This document shows positions 48,321-60,690 of a stretch of 64,000 nt of DNA, in pieces; within the stretch, counting starts at the first letter, position 1, and each line of letters begins with the position of its first letter. Both the position numbers and the translations under genes were made by a program. The notes under the pieces are model-generated. The model saw only the letters and a list, made by a program, of their open reading frames with translations. It did not search any database and was not told where the DNA came from. This stretch comes from Ylistrum balloti (Eukaryota): positions 1 through 64,000 of the forward strand of contig NW_026782486.1 of the NCBI RefSeq assembly GCF_031769215.1. Reading direction: 5' to 3'.

Positions 48321-50345
48321 TGGTACTGGTTTGTCCGTTGTCAGTATAATTTGACCAGGTAGGGTGTCCTGGTAGTGTAACGACAGGTTTGTCCGTTGTC
48401 AGTATAATGTGATCAGGTAGGGTGTCCTGGTAGTATAACGACAGGTTTGTCCGTTGTCAGTATAATGTGACCAGGTAGGGTGTCCTGGTAGTGTAACGAC
48501 AGGTTTGTCAGTTGTCAGTATAATGTGACCAGGTAGGGTGTCCTGGTAGTGTAACGAATGGTTTGTCCGTTGTCAGTATAATGTGACCAGGTAGGGTGTC
48601 CTGGTAGTGTAACGACAGGTTTGTCAGTTGTCAGTATAATATGACCCGGGTAGGGTGTCCTGGTAGTGTAACGACAGGTTTGTCAGTTGTCAGTATAATG
48701 TGACCAGGTAGGGTGTCCTGGTAGTGTAACGAATGGTTTGTCCGTTGTCAGTATAATGTGACCAGGTAGGGTGTCCTGGTAGTGTAACGACAGGTTTGTT
48801 CTTTGTCAGTATAATGTGACCAGGTAGGGTGTCCTGGTAGTGTAACGACAGGTTTGTCAGTTGTCAGTATAATATGACCCGGGTAGGGTGTCCTGGTAGT
48901 GTAACGACAGGTTTGTCAGTTGTCAGTATAATGTGATCAGGTAGGGTGTCCTGGTAGTGTAACGACAGGTTTGTCCGTTGTCAGTATAATGTGATCGGGT
49001 AGGGTGTCCTGGTAGTGTAACGACAGGTTTGTCAGTTGTCAGTATAATGTGATCAGGTATGTTGTTCTGGTATTGTAACGACAGGTTTGTCCGTTGTCAG
49101 TATAATATGACCCGGTTAGGGTGTCCTGGTAGTGTAACGAATGGTTTGTCCGTTGTCAGTATAATGTGACCAGGTAGGGTGTCCTGGTAGTGTAACGAAT
49201 GGTTTGTCCGTTGTCAGTATAATGTGACCAGGTAGGGTGTCCTGGTAGTATAACGAATGGTTTGTCCGTTGTCAGTATAATGTGACCAGGTAGGGTGTCC
49301 TGGTAGTGTAACGACAGGTTTGTCCGTTGTCAGTATAATTTGACCAGTTCGGGTGTCCTGGTAGTGTAACGACAGGTTTGTCCGTTGTCAGTATAATATG
49401 ACCCGGTTAGGGTGTCCTGGTAGTGTAACGAATGGTTTGTCCGTTGTCAGTATAATGTGACCAGGTAGGGTGTCCTGGTAGTGTAACGAATGGTTTGTCC
49501 GTTGTCAGTATAATGTGACCAGGTAGGGTGTCCTGGTAGTATAACGAATGGTTTGTCCGTTGTCAGTATAATTTGACCAGGTAGGGTGTCCTGGTAGTGT
49601 AACGACAGGTTTGTCCGTTGTCAGTATAATATGACCCGGTTAGGGTGTCCTGGTAGTGTAACGAATGGTTTGTCCGTTGTCAGTATAATGTGACCAGGTA
49701 TGGTGTCCTGGTAGTGTAACGAATGGTTTGTCCGTTGTCAGTATAATGTGACCAGGTAGGGTGTCCTGGTAGTATAACGACAGGTTTGTCCGTTGTCAGT
49801 ATAATGTGACCAGGTAGGGTGTCCTGGTAGTATAACGAATGGTTTGTCCGTTGTCAGTATAATGTGACCAGGTAGGGTGTCCTGGTAGTATAACGAATGG
49901 TTTGTCCGTTGTCAGTATAATGTGACCAGGTATGGTGTCCTGGTAGTGTAACGACAGGTTTGTCCTTTGTCAGTATAATGTGACCAGGTAGGGTGTCCTG
50001 GTAGTGTAACGACAGGTTTGTCCTTTGTCAGTATAATGTGATCAGGTAGGGTGTCCTGGTAGTGTAACGACAGGTTTGTCCTTTGTCAGTATCATGTGAC
50101 CAGGTATGGTGTCCTGGTAGTGTAACGACAGGTTTGTCCTTTGTCAGTATAATGTGATCAGGTAGGGTGTCCTGGTAGTGTAACGACAGGTTTGTCCGTT
50201 GTCAGTATAATGTGATCGGGTAGGGTGTCCTGGTAGTGTAACGACAGGTTTGTCAGTTGTCAGTATAATGTGACCAGGTAGGGTGTCCTGGTAGTATAAC
50301 GAATGGTTTGTCAGTTGTCAGTATAATGTGATCAGGTAGGGTGTC
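48280..50345. repeat. Minisatellite, 58-bp unit GTCAGTATAATGTGACCAGGTAGGGTGTCCTGGTAGTGTAACGACAGGTTTGTCCGTT, ~35 copies
   Basis: Directly visible; continuous with the upstream SINE fragment. Confidence 0.98.
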
Positions 50346-50685
50346 CTATCGGGAGATTTGAACAGTAAACTTAGTGTGTTATTACGAATATATCGCAGCC
50401 TCCCGGAAACACATATACTTAACACAAAGCATTCACTTCACTTATGTTGAAAGGCCATCTTTAATTGACCATAGCAGCTCTAATGAATAAAACCCAGACC
50501 AAGTCTGTCAGTATGCAATTATCATTTGATATGATTGATGATTTCTGCTTGACCTTGACTGGCTCCATCGAGTTCATCTTGGAAATTTTAATCTAATTGA
50601 CTCCGGTTAAGTCGTCTTTCCACTCGTTTGAGTCTAGATAGTACTACGGCTCTGAAGGTAACCCATCAGTTTGGAACATATATAT

Positions 50686-53680
50686 TTCAGAAGATGTTTA
50701 CGTTTAGCGCAAACAGGGACTGAAAACTATGTTTGCGAGCTTTCGACAACGTCTGTTTCCTTTATCAAAGTAAGAGTGGAAATGACCGAGCTTGGACGAC
50801 AGTTCAATGTTCAACGAATGGACAAAAGTGTTAGTCCACTATCAAAAGTGTGAGAAAAATGAGAAGCATTGTATCCAAGTCTCTCACAACATGTGGTTTA
50901 TCAGAATACACAGTCCCTCACAACATGCGGTTTATCAGAATATACAATCCCTCACAACATGTGGTTTATCAGAATATACAGTCCCTCACAACATGTGGTT
51001 TATCAGAATACACAGTCCCTCACAACATGCGGTTTATCAGAATATACAGTCCCTCACAACATGTGGTTTATCAGATCTTACAATCCCTCACAACATGTGG
51101 TTTATCAGAATATACAGTCCCTCACGACATGTGGTTTATCAGAATATACAGTCTCTCACAACATGTGGTTTATCAGAATATACAGTCCCTCACGACATGT
51201 GGTTTATCAGAATATACAGTCTCTCACAACATGTGGTTTATCAGAATACACAGTCTCTCACAACATATGGTTTATCAGAATACACAGTCCCTCACAACAT
51301 GCGGTTTATCAGAATATACAATCCCTCACAACATGTGGTTTATCAGAATATACAGTCCCTCACAACATGTGGTTTATCAGAATACACAGTCCCTCACAAC
51401 ATGCGGTTTATCAGAATATACAGTCCCTCACAACATGTGGTTTATCAGATTTATCCCTCACAACATGTGGTTTATCAGAATATACAGTCCCTCACGACAT
51501 GTGGTTTATCAGAATATACAGTCTCTCACAACATGTGGTTTATCAGAATACACAGTCTCTCACAACATATGGTTTATCAGAATATACAGTCCCTCACAAC
51601 ATGTGGTTTATCAGATCTTACAATCCCTCACAACATGTGGTTTATCAGAATATACAGTCCCTCACAACATGTGGTTTATCAGAACATACAGTCTCTCACA
51701 ACATGTGGTTTATCAGAACATACAGTCCCTCACAACATGTGGTTTATCAGAACATACAGTCCCTCACAACATGTGGTTTATCAGAATATACAGTCTCTCA
51801 CAACATGTGGTTTATCAGAATATACAATCCCTCACAACATGTGGTTTATCAGAATATACAGTCCCTCACAACATGTGGTTTATCAGAATATACAGTCTCT
51901 CACAACATGTGGTTTATCAGAACATACAGTCCCTCACAACATGTGGTTTATCAGAACATACAGTCCCTCACAACATGTGGTTTATCAGAATATACAATCC
52001 CTCACAACATGTGGTTTATCAGAACATACAGTCCCTCACAACATGTGGTTTATCAGAATATATATACAGTCCCTCACAACATGTGGTTTATCAGAATATA
52101 CAGTCTCTCACAACATGTGGTTTATCAGAATATACAATCCCTCACAACATGTGGTTTATCAGAATATACAGTCCCTCACAACATGTGGTTTATCAGAATA
52201 TACAGTCTCATGTGGTTTATCAGAATATACAGTCTCTCACAACATGTGGTTTATCAGAATATACAGTCTCTCACAACATGTGGTTTATCAGAACATACAG
52301 TCCCTCACAACATGTGGTTTATCAGAATATACAGTCTCTCACAACATGTGGTTTATCAGAATATACAATCCCTCACAACATGTGGTTTATCAGAATATAC
52401 AGTCTCTCACAACATGTGGTTTATCAGAATATACAGTCCCTCACAACATGTGGTTTATCAGAATATACAGTCCCTCACAACATGTGGTTTATCAGAATAT
52501 ACAGTCTCTCACAACATGTGGTTTATCAGAATATACAGTCCCTCACAACATGTGGTTTATCAGAATATACAGTCTCTCTCACAACATGTGGTTTATCAGA
52601 ATATACAGTCCCTCACAACATGTGGTTTATCAGAATATACAGTCCCTCACAACATGTGGTTTATCAGAATATACAGTCTCTCACAACATGTGGTTTATCA
52701 GAATATACAGTCCCTCACAACATGTGGTTTATCAGAATATTCAGTCCCTCACAACATGTGGTTTATCAGAATATACATATCCCTCACAACATGTGGTTCA
52801 GAATATCAGAATATACAGTCCCTCACAACATGTGGTTTATCAGAATATACAGTCCCTCACAACATGTGGTTTATCAGAATATACAGTCCCTCACAACATG
52901 TGGTTTATCAGAATATACAGTCTCTCACAACATGTGGTTTATCAGAATATACAGTCTCTCACAACATGTGGTTTATCAGAATATACAAAAAGAGAAGTCA
53001 AAGAAGGAAAGAAAATGAAGATTCAATAAAATAACAAGAAGAAAGAAAATATAACCACAACACAGAAATTAAAACCAGCGACACGGTCACTATATCTTAC
53101 ATCAAAGAGGTGACAGAAAATTTTCGTGGATTTAACAAAGATATCACATCAATACTCCCGTGTGGCCATACATTCGCCGTCAACAAGTCAGTAGTGCACC
53201 CCAAAGTGACAAAAGAAAACTAAACCGGGTGTGGTTTACCAAGTCAATGCAACAGTTTGCAATCGGCTATAACGGTAAATTGGAATACAGACAGACGTAG
53301 CCATAATGGAAAACAATGTACACACAAGAAAACCACGAGGAAATATCTACCACAAGATTGAATGGAACAGCTCGAGGGAACTGAAAACTGAGAGACCAAG
53401 GGATCCGTCTGGATAAGGGAAGTGATAAGGGAACTGATGAACAGAGACGAGGGGTGCCTGAGGAAAGGAAGAAACATCCACTGTCCCTTAGAATGCAGTA
53501 TAAAAGTTTAAACGAGACAAAATGCGTCCTGACAATTTGACAGCGCCAAAAGGTGAACTGCCGTTAAGACCAATTTGTACATTTTAGTTGATAGAAGAAA
53601 TAGATGTTTTCGAAAGCTCACGAAACAGAAAATACAGTTTTCTATCGCTGTTTGTGCTAAAGGTAAACATCATCTTGAAT
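50686..53680 (+). mobile_element. Second decayed Penelope-like element (GIY-YIG-end fragment at 53040-53480) bracketed by inverted pseudo-LTR copies, enclosing the 34-bp array
   Basis: Fragments TVTISYIKEVTE, SVVHPK, HKIEWNSSREL and WIREVIRELMNRDEG resemble PLE C-termini. The reverse complement of 50686-50805 aligns by eye to 53555-53679. Confidence 0.65.
50880..52985. repeat. Minisatellite, 34-bp unit CAGTCCCTCACAACATGTGGTTTATCAGAATATA, ~62 copies
   Basis: Directly visible; stop-free on the plus strand, giving three ~720-745 aa repeat ORFs. Confidence 0.98.
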
Positions 53681-53707
53681 AATACACCTGTAGTAGTATT
53701 GTGGGCG

Positions 53708-55010
53708 GTGTCCCTCGGAATCTCTGCTCAAGAAGGTTTTAAATACTTTCGTCCGATATGTCCCTCGGAATCTCTGCTCAAGAAGGTTTTAAATACATTC
53801 GTCCGATATGTCCCTCGGAATCTCTGCTCAAGAATGTTTTAAATACATTCGTCCGATATGCCCCTAGGAATCTCTGTTGAGGAAGGTTTTAGAAACATTC
53901 GTCCGATATGTCCCTAGGAATCTCTGTTCAGGAAGGTTTTAGAAACATTCTTCCGATATGTCCCTCGGAATCTCTGTTGAGGAAGGTTGTAGAAACATTC
54001 GTCCGATATGTCCCTAGGAATCTCTGTTGAGGAAGGTTTTAGAAACATTCGTCCGATATGTCCCTAGGAATCTCTGTTGAGGAAGGTTTTAGAAACATTC
54101 GTCCGATATGTCCCTAGGAATCTCTGTTGAGGAAGGTTTTAGAAACATTCGTCCGATATGTCCCTCGGAATCTCTGTTGAGGAAGGTTTTAGAAACATTC
54201 GTCCGATATGTCCCTAGGAATCTCTGTTGAGGAAGGTTTTAGAAACATTCGTCCGATATGTCCCTCGGAATCTCTGTTGAGGAAGGTTTTAGAAACATTC
54301 GTCCGATATGCCCCTAGGAATCTCTGTTGAGGAAGGTTTTAGAAACATTCGTCCGATATGTCCCTCGGAATCTCTGTTGAGGAAGGTTTTAGAAACATTC
54401 GTCCGATATGTCCCTCGGAATCTCTGTTGAGGAAGGTTTTAGAAACATTCGTCCGATATGTCCCTAGGAATCTCTGTTGAGGAAGGTTTTAGAAACATTC
54501 GTCCGATATGTCCCTCGGAATCTCTGTTGAGGAAGGTTTTAGAAACATTCGTCCGATATGTCCCTCGGAATCTCTGTTGAGGAAGGTTTTAGAAACATTC
54601 GTCTGATATGTCCCTAGGAATCTCTGTTGAGGAAGGTTTTAGAAACATTCGTCCGATATGTCCCTAGGAATCTCTGTTGAGGAAGGTTTTAGAAACATTC
54701 GTCCGATATGTCCCTAGGAATCTCTGTTGAGGAAGGTTTTAAAAACATTCGTCCGATATGCCCTAGAAATCTCTGTTCAGGAAGGTTTTAGAAACATTCG
54801 TCCGATATGTCCCTAGGAATCTCTGTTGAGGAAGGTTTTAGAAACATTCGTCCGATATGTCCCTAGGAATCTCTGCCCAGGAAGGTTTTAGAAACATTCG
54901 TCCGATATGTCCCTAGGAATCTCTGCCCAGGAAGGTTTTAGAAACATTCGTCCGATATGTCCCTAGGAATCTCTGCCCAGGAAGGTTTTAGAAACATTCG
55001 TCCGATATAC
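53708..55010. repeat. Minisatellite, 50-bp unit CGTCCGATATGTCCCTAGGAATCTCTGTTGAGGAAGGTTTTAGAAACATT, ~26 copies
   Basis: Directly visible; distinct unit variants at the left end, middle and right end. Confidence 0.98.
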
Positions 55011-55632
55011 CATTACATTCACGATTTTATATTTATTAAATCTCAACGTTGACCTTAAATAACCCTACCTTACAACTAATGCTTGATTAATTACAGGTAT
55101 CGTTTCAGTCTAAATATGGAGACTTGTGAATCGTTCTGACAGCCAGCTGCTCAAGCCTTTTACCGTTAGTGCAGTATGTTAAATAGATCGTTGTAGATGA
55201 GTTAGTCAAACCCCTATTTCGAAAGTGTTTCCATTATTAAGAATAATTTAACAGATACCGAACCTGTCACCTGATTTGAAATGTGAAGAGGTTGTTCTCT
55301 CTCTTACATTTAGCTGCCGATGACATAACTAAAACCTCCAACAGGTTCATTCTAGAGAGACATCCTTTCTAAGGAAACGGATTTCTTTATTATTGCATGC
55401 ATTAGCAACAAATTGATCAACATCGAGACTTTCACTTTGGGAAGGAAAACTGATTCTACAACGTACGATTTCCAGCGTTGAATCGCATTGATGAATCGAA
55501 AAGTTAAGAATCAATGTCGTAGATTCTTGAGAGGGGACATTTTGAACGAGATGTTATACTTTGTTTGATTTTGGTTTCCTATTCTTTGTTCAATAACATA
55601 GGAAATCCTCAGTGTTACAATCATCCTGTTAA

Positions 55633-55810
55633 TGTAATGATAAAGATACTATGTGTTAATATCAGGTTCCTAAACGTCGGTGTTACCTTCACCAGATTAC
55701 CGGTTATTGTAATGATAAAGATACTACGTGTTAATATCAGGTTCCTAAACGTCGGTGTTACCCTCACCAGATTACCGGTTATTGTAATGATAAAGATACT
55801 TTGTTCCCTG
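55633..55810. repeat. 75-bp tandem duplication (~2.4 copies)
   Basis: TGTAATGATAAAGATACT..GTGTTAATATCAGGTTCCTAAACGTCGGTGTTACC..CACCAGATTACCGGTTAT is repeated. Confidence 0.9.
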
Positions 55811-55859
55811 TTAATATGTAGGATTCCAAGGGTATAAACATTTTACTACAGGATCGTCT

Positions 55860-56400
55860 AGTTAATCAACCAATCTATCCACTTCTTACTGTCGTTGTAA
55901 GATCATATCAGGGAAACAGCCTTTTGTAAAATGTGTATTTTACAAGTGCAATTCATAGAAATATAGATTTTTATCAACTTCAAACAGTTCTAAACTATAT
56001 TTTAATTTAAGCTCCTCAAAAATCCATCTTCTATAAAAAGTGGAACATATCCATTATCTGGTCAAGTGAGTTTTCTTTTCAAAGAAACAGCTGTACAAGT
56101 ATCTGGTATGAATCATGCTTGGCAGGTTTCGTGAAATGTATGTTTGAAGCGAATATACCAAGGACGAAATTGTGAAAATAATGAATAGCTCCTTTCAAGC
56201 CTGACCTCATGTTTTCATATCAGGCTGAATTTATGGAAGGCTTACCATGAAATGTCAGAAAGAGGTGCCAAGTCTTTTACTTTCACTTTTCAGATATATT
56301 GATAGCCTCGTGTCTCTTAAATAACAAGACTTGTCTGTGTGTATATGGCCATATTTAAAAATCATAGACATCACAGTATCCTCTTCATTTGTCTTTCAAT
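55860..56400 (+). mobile_element. Highly decayed reverse transcriptase relic (Penelope-like type common in bivalves)
   Basis: Frameshifted SYQAEFMEGL, AKSFTFTF-RYIDSLVSL (near 56292) and KIIDIT resemble the recalled consensus SYEADFIQGL..ARSFNFTFRYIDDVLSL..EIKDTT. Confidence 0.5.
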
Positions 56401-58934
56401 CTTTATGTACAATACAAGCAACTATTAAAAAGGTACATCTGTCCATTACAGTGCATGAAAAGTGTGCTTCTGACAATCCTCTTGTGAGTTTTACATTTCT
56501 TGATAGTAACACATCTGCTCCTCCTCCAGCCAAGTGTTTACAAATGTTTTCAGGGAAATTCACAGTTGGGGATGTTTTAGGCTGTATTTCAGGAGATGCC
56601 TGCTGTTGACATTGTTCTCATTCAGGAACCTGACATTACTTATGTGGAGAGACTTATATTACAGCTTTGTTGATGAAGCAGAAACATGGTATTGTTCTCT
56701 GTTTTTTGAAAGTGAATTATTCTTCTGTATATAGTTGGCCCCCTTTCCTTGATAATGAATTGGAATTTATAATTTACTAATATGTAATTTCTTCCTTTGT
56801 TTTTCTTAACAAACATTGTAACCATTTACTTAAGAATTAAATTTTTCTAGCCTCAGTGCTTAACACACAAAGGAAGGCTATTAAATTTGTAAGAATCTCT
56901 TATGAGAACTTAACAGTTTCCTTGCAGAAATTATGGTAGTGAGGTTTCAAGAATCAACCATTCTACTGTACTGACATTGAGAATCCCAATACCAGTAATA
57001 TCAAGAGGGCCAAAGGGCCTGAATTAATCAGCTGGTATTCAATGTTTTTAAAAAACGATTTTACATCATGAAGTTTAAAGCTTTGGTTAATGAGAAGTCT
57101 TTTGAATGTTTTAACAAATTTAACCCCTTTGACATTTGATATGGTTCAAGGTCATTTGCTTTAAAATGTTTGAAAAAAAATGACCCCTGTGACTTTGAAG
57201 ACTTGATTTATATTTGCAGCTGTTGGGCTTCATCAAAGGAACCTAACAGCCAAATATAAATATTCTAGGCCTTTAAATTACTGAAATGAAATTGATTGAA
57301 GATTATAACAATTTTTTCCCCTGTGACCTTGAATATGAGTCAAGGTCATTATTTTCACACACTCTTTTGGGCTTCATCTGTGATATCATTGGCCCTTTGG
57401 GCCAAGTGAGGTAAAAGAGTAAATCTACATACCAGGAATAAAAACAAAGAGACGAGATTGAAGAGTAACATCAAGCTCTCCTTTATTAGTTGGGTCTAAT
57501 GATCCATGTGGTATCAAGCATGTACAGAGCTGTCAATGTATATACAGTAAAACTGCTATAGGCCACACAGACTAGGGCAGCAGAGGGACCCAGGCCCAAC
57601 CAAGGGACAGCAGAGGGAGGGGCCAAGGCCCAAGGGGCCAGGACAGTGCCATAAAGTATTGGTCGGGTTACAATTGATAAAATCTTATATATTAAAGTTT
57701 TAAGTAAAATACATGAATTTGAATTTGATATTTCAGCTGTGAGGCGAGATTCCCTACGTGCCCTTCCTGCTCTTCAAATGGAACATGTGAATCCTATTAT
57801 GCATAAAGAAATAACTGATATGTCGTTGGACAGATGCTAAAAACAAATGTACAAATAGGTGTTACATAACTGATGTTCAGAGATTTCTTATGAAAGATAA
57901 TGGCTCTCAACACACTTTTGCTTAAAATATTGGAATCATTTCTTGATGTGAAGCCATTTTATAACATACTTGGAAGTACATTAACATGTTAACTACAAAA
58001 TCTATATATCATAGTGCCTTCATGAGTGGGTGATATCTTACAAGCATTACCCGACAAGTACTGTGAACATAATCTAGTTCAATTAACACTCTGTTCATGT
58101 AGTGTCACATCTGCCTGATGTTCAAGACTCAACATGTTCCAAGATACCAATAACTGTTGGTGCAGAAAAAAAATCAAACCAAAATCACCTTAAAGCATAC
58201 ACTACTGTGATAACATGACAAAATATATAGCTATTTCTCAGTATCAGTTGGGCATTTCTTTTATCACCACAACATATTTACAAATTGGTTCTGAGCCACT
58301 TGAACATTATCATCTGAATGGTTTCTAATTCAGTCAACCTTACCAGGTATCTTATAATCTTCTTTTATCATATAAATACTACCTTAAAGAGTTCACACCA
58401 AAGGGAGATAAGTTTTCTTATCATGGTTTAAAGACCTGGAGAAAAAAAAAAAAAAAAATGAAAGGTCATTCATCCATATTAAATCCTAAGATTTTTTTTT
58501 TTTTTACATAAACACAAATGATAAAGATATTGAAACCATCTTTATCTTTATCTCCCAATTTTTATGTTTGTCTTTATCTCCCAATTGGGCAATCCAAGGC
58601 AGCATTGTTATTCCTGAAGGACTTCCTTCACATCAACATACAAAACAGTTAACTTGTTCTTAATATCAACATATAAAATTGTATAACAGAAACTTTTGGC
58701 ACATGTTATTGACAAAAAGCAGAATAAATGTTAATACAGAAAATTCTATGTCATTTAGATATCCATATGTAAGGGTCCGATACACAGTTAAGTACTTCGT
58801 TTATAAACAAAAGTATGGTCGATGACTGAGAGACTGAGAAGTTACTGATTATTTACTATTAGAACACTGTATATAGAAATGAATTTCTGAAATGCAAAAA
58901 GCAGATATATGACTTGTGGAATGTCAAACGACAC

Positions 58935-59700
58935 ATAATATTGTACTAGTGAGGGGACAGTGAGTGTTCCCTACCCACAATATTGTACTAGTGAGGGGAC
59001 AGTGAGTGTTCCCTCCACACAATATTGTACTAGTGAGGGGACAGTGAGTGTTCCCTCCACACAATATTGTACTAGTGAGGGGACAGTGAGTGTTCCCTAC
59101 CCACAATATTGTACTAGTGAGGGGACAGTGAGTGTTCCCTACCCACAATATTGTACTAGTGAGGGGACAGTGAGTGTTCCCTCCACACAATATTGTACTA
59201 GTGAGGGGACAGTGAGTGTTCCCTCCACACAATATTGTACTAGTGAGGGGATAGTGAGTGTTCCCTACCCACAATATTGTACTAGTGAGGGGACAGTGAG
59301 TGTTCCCTACCCACAATATTGTACTAGTGAGGGGACAGTGAGTGTTCCCTCCACACAATATTGTACTAGTGAGGGGACAGTGAGTGTTCCCTCCACACAA
59401 TATTGTACTAGTGAGGGGACAGTGAGTGTTCTCTTCACACAATATTGTACTAGTGAGGGGACAGTGAGTGTTCCCTCCACACAATATTGTACTAGTGAGG
59501 GGACAGTGAGTGTTCCCTCCACACAATATTGTACTAGTGAGGGGACAGTGAGTGTTCCCTACCCACAATATTGTACTAGTGAGGGGACAGTGAGTGTTCC
59601 CTACCCACAATATTGTACTAGTGAGGGGACAGTGAGTGTTCCCTCCACACAATATTGTACTAGTGAGGGGACAGTGAGTGTTCCCTCCACACAATATTGG
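58935..59700. repeat. Minisatellite, 42-bp unit CAATATTGTACTAGTGAGGGGACAGTGAGTGTTCCCTCCACA, ~18 copies
   Basis: Directly visible; two alternating variants (TCCACA/TACCCA). Confidence 0.98.
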
Positions 59701-60530
59701 TATTAACGCCATATCTTCTTCCAAACACTCTCACTACTTATCTGGCAATTTTAAAGTTTATGAAATAATCAATTTCTTTTTTCATTTCAAATAATTAAAG
59801 ACAAAAAAGGGAAAAGTTTAGATTGTAAAACATAGATATTTTTTCAAAGTCCAATTTAAAGAACCTATGAATATTATGGTTTGGTCAGACTGAGATACAG
59901 TTACAGCTCATCCAAAACTGCCTTTATCTTAATTATAACAGAAATGGTTGAGATAAAGGATATGATTGAAGTCTGTATAAAGCAATGACAATAACCAGTT
60001 TAGAGCACAAGGAACTTTTCCAAACTGCACAGACATGGTACGAGTATGAAGTCAAACATGGTATTTTGTGGATGAGGGAACTATATATGTAGGGTTATAG
60101 TTTTACAGCTTTTATGGAAATTTCAAAACCTGCTATCACTTTTCTTCAAAGTGTATAAATTGTATATACATGCAAGATTCAACCAATAAAAATAGGATAT
60201 ACTCGAATGTTGATTCACACAGGTTAATAATATGTGGATAAGAAGCGGAGCACACTGCAAATTTGTTTAATTTATACAGGCCTGTGTGTAACAATCTATA
60301 GCTCTAATACTATCACTGTCTTAAATTATATATTACTTTTCATAAGAAAATATATTCAACCATACAGCTTATATATAAGACACAGCGCATGCACATGGGG
60401 AAATATAAATGTCTCCGGCCTAGTACAAACCAATCAAATACCAATGATATGACCACATATATATGGAGAGAAAAACATAATAAATATGTGTGTAATTACT
60501 ATAGTCTCAAGGTCACATGTGACACATGTA

Positions 60531-60690
60531 CCTGATGGAGAAAGCAAGTCCATGCCTGATTAAGACCTCTGTTGAAGGGTTGTCCTATCTGATACAACAC
60601 ATATACAACTATGACGAGTGCTGTATACTGGTCTCCCATGAAAGCTGATCGACACAGAGAGATGAACAGTGCTGTTGACTCATTCCTATC
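60531..60690 (-). other. Candidate coding exon of an unrecognised minus-strand gene
   Basis: Open frame NESTALFISLCRSAFMGDQYTALVIVVYVLYQIGQPFNRGLNQAWTCFLHQ ends at CAG|GTACAT, downstream of a T-rich tract with AG candidates. Confidence 0.3.

Noticed and set aside
50792-53034. Three overlapping 721-745 aa ORFs
   Set aside because: Artefact of a stop-free 34-bp unit. All three frames give rotations of the same 34-aa peptide, with no domain or coding bias; not called as CDS.
56400-57840. Possible terminal exons (minus QASPEIQPKTSPTVNFPENICKHL...; plus VRRDSLRALPALQMEHVNP...)
   Set aside because: No recognisable homology and no phase-consistent partner exons; one overlaps the end of the RT relic.
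8905-59700. Arrays as CRISPR loci
   Set aside because: Units are directly tandem with no unique spacers, there are no cas genes, and the context is eukaryotic with spliceosomal introns.
58924-59724. 266-aa and 248-aa repeat ORFs on opposite strands
   Set aside because: Translations of the 42-bp minisatellite.
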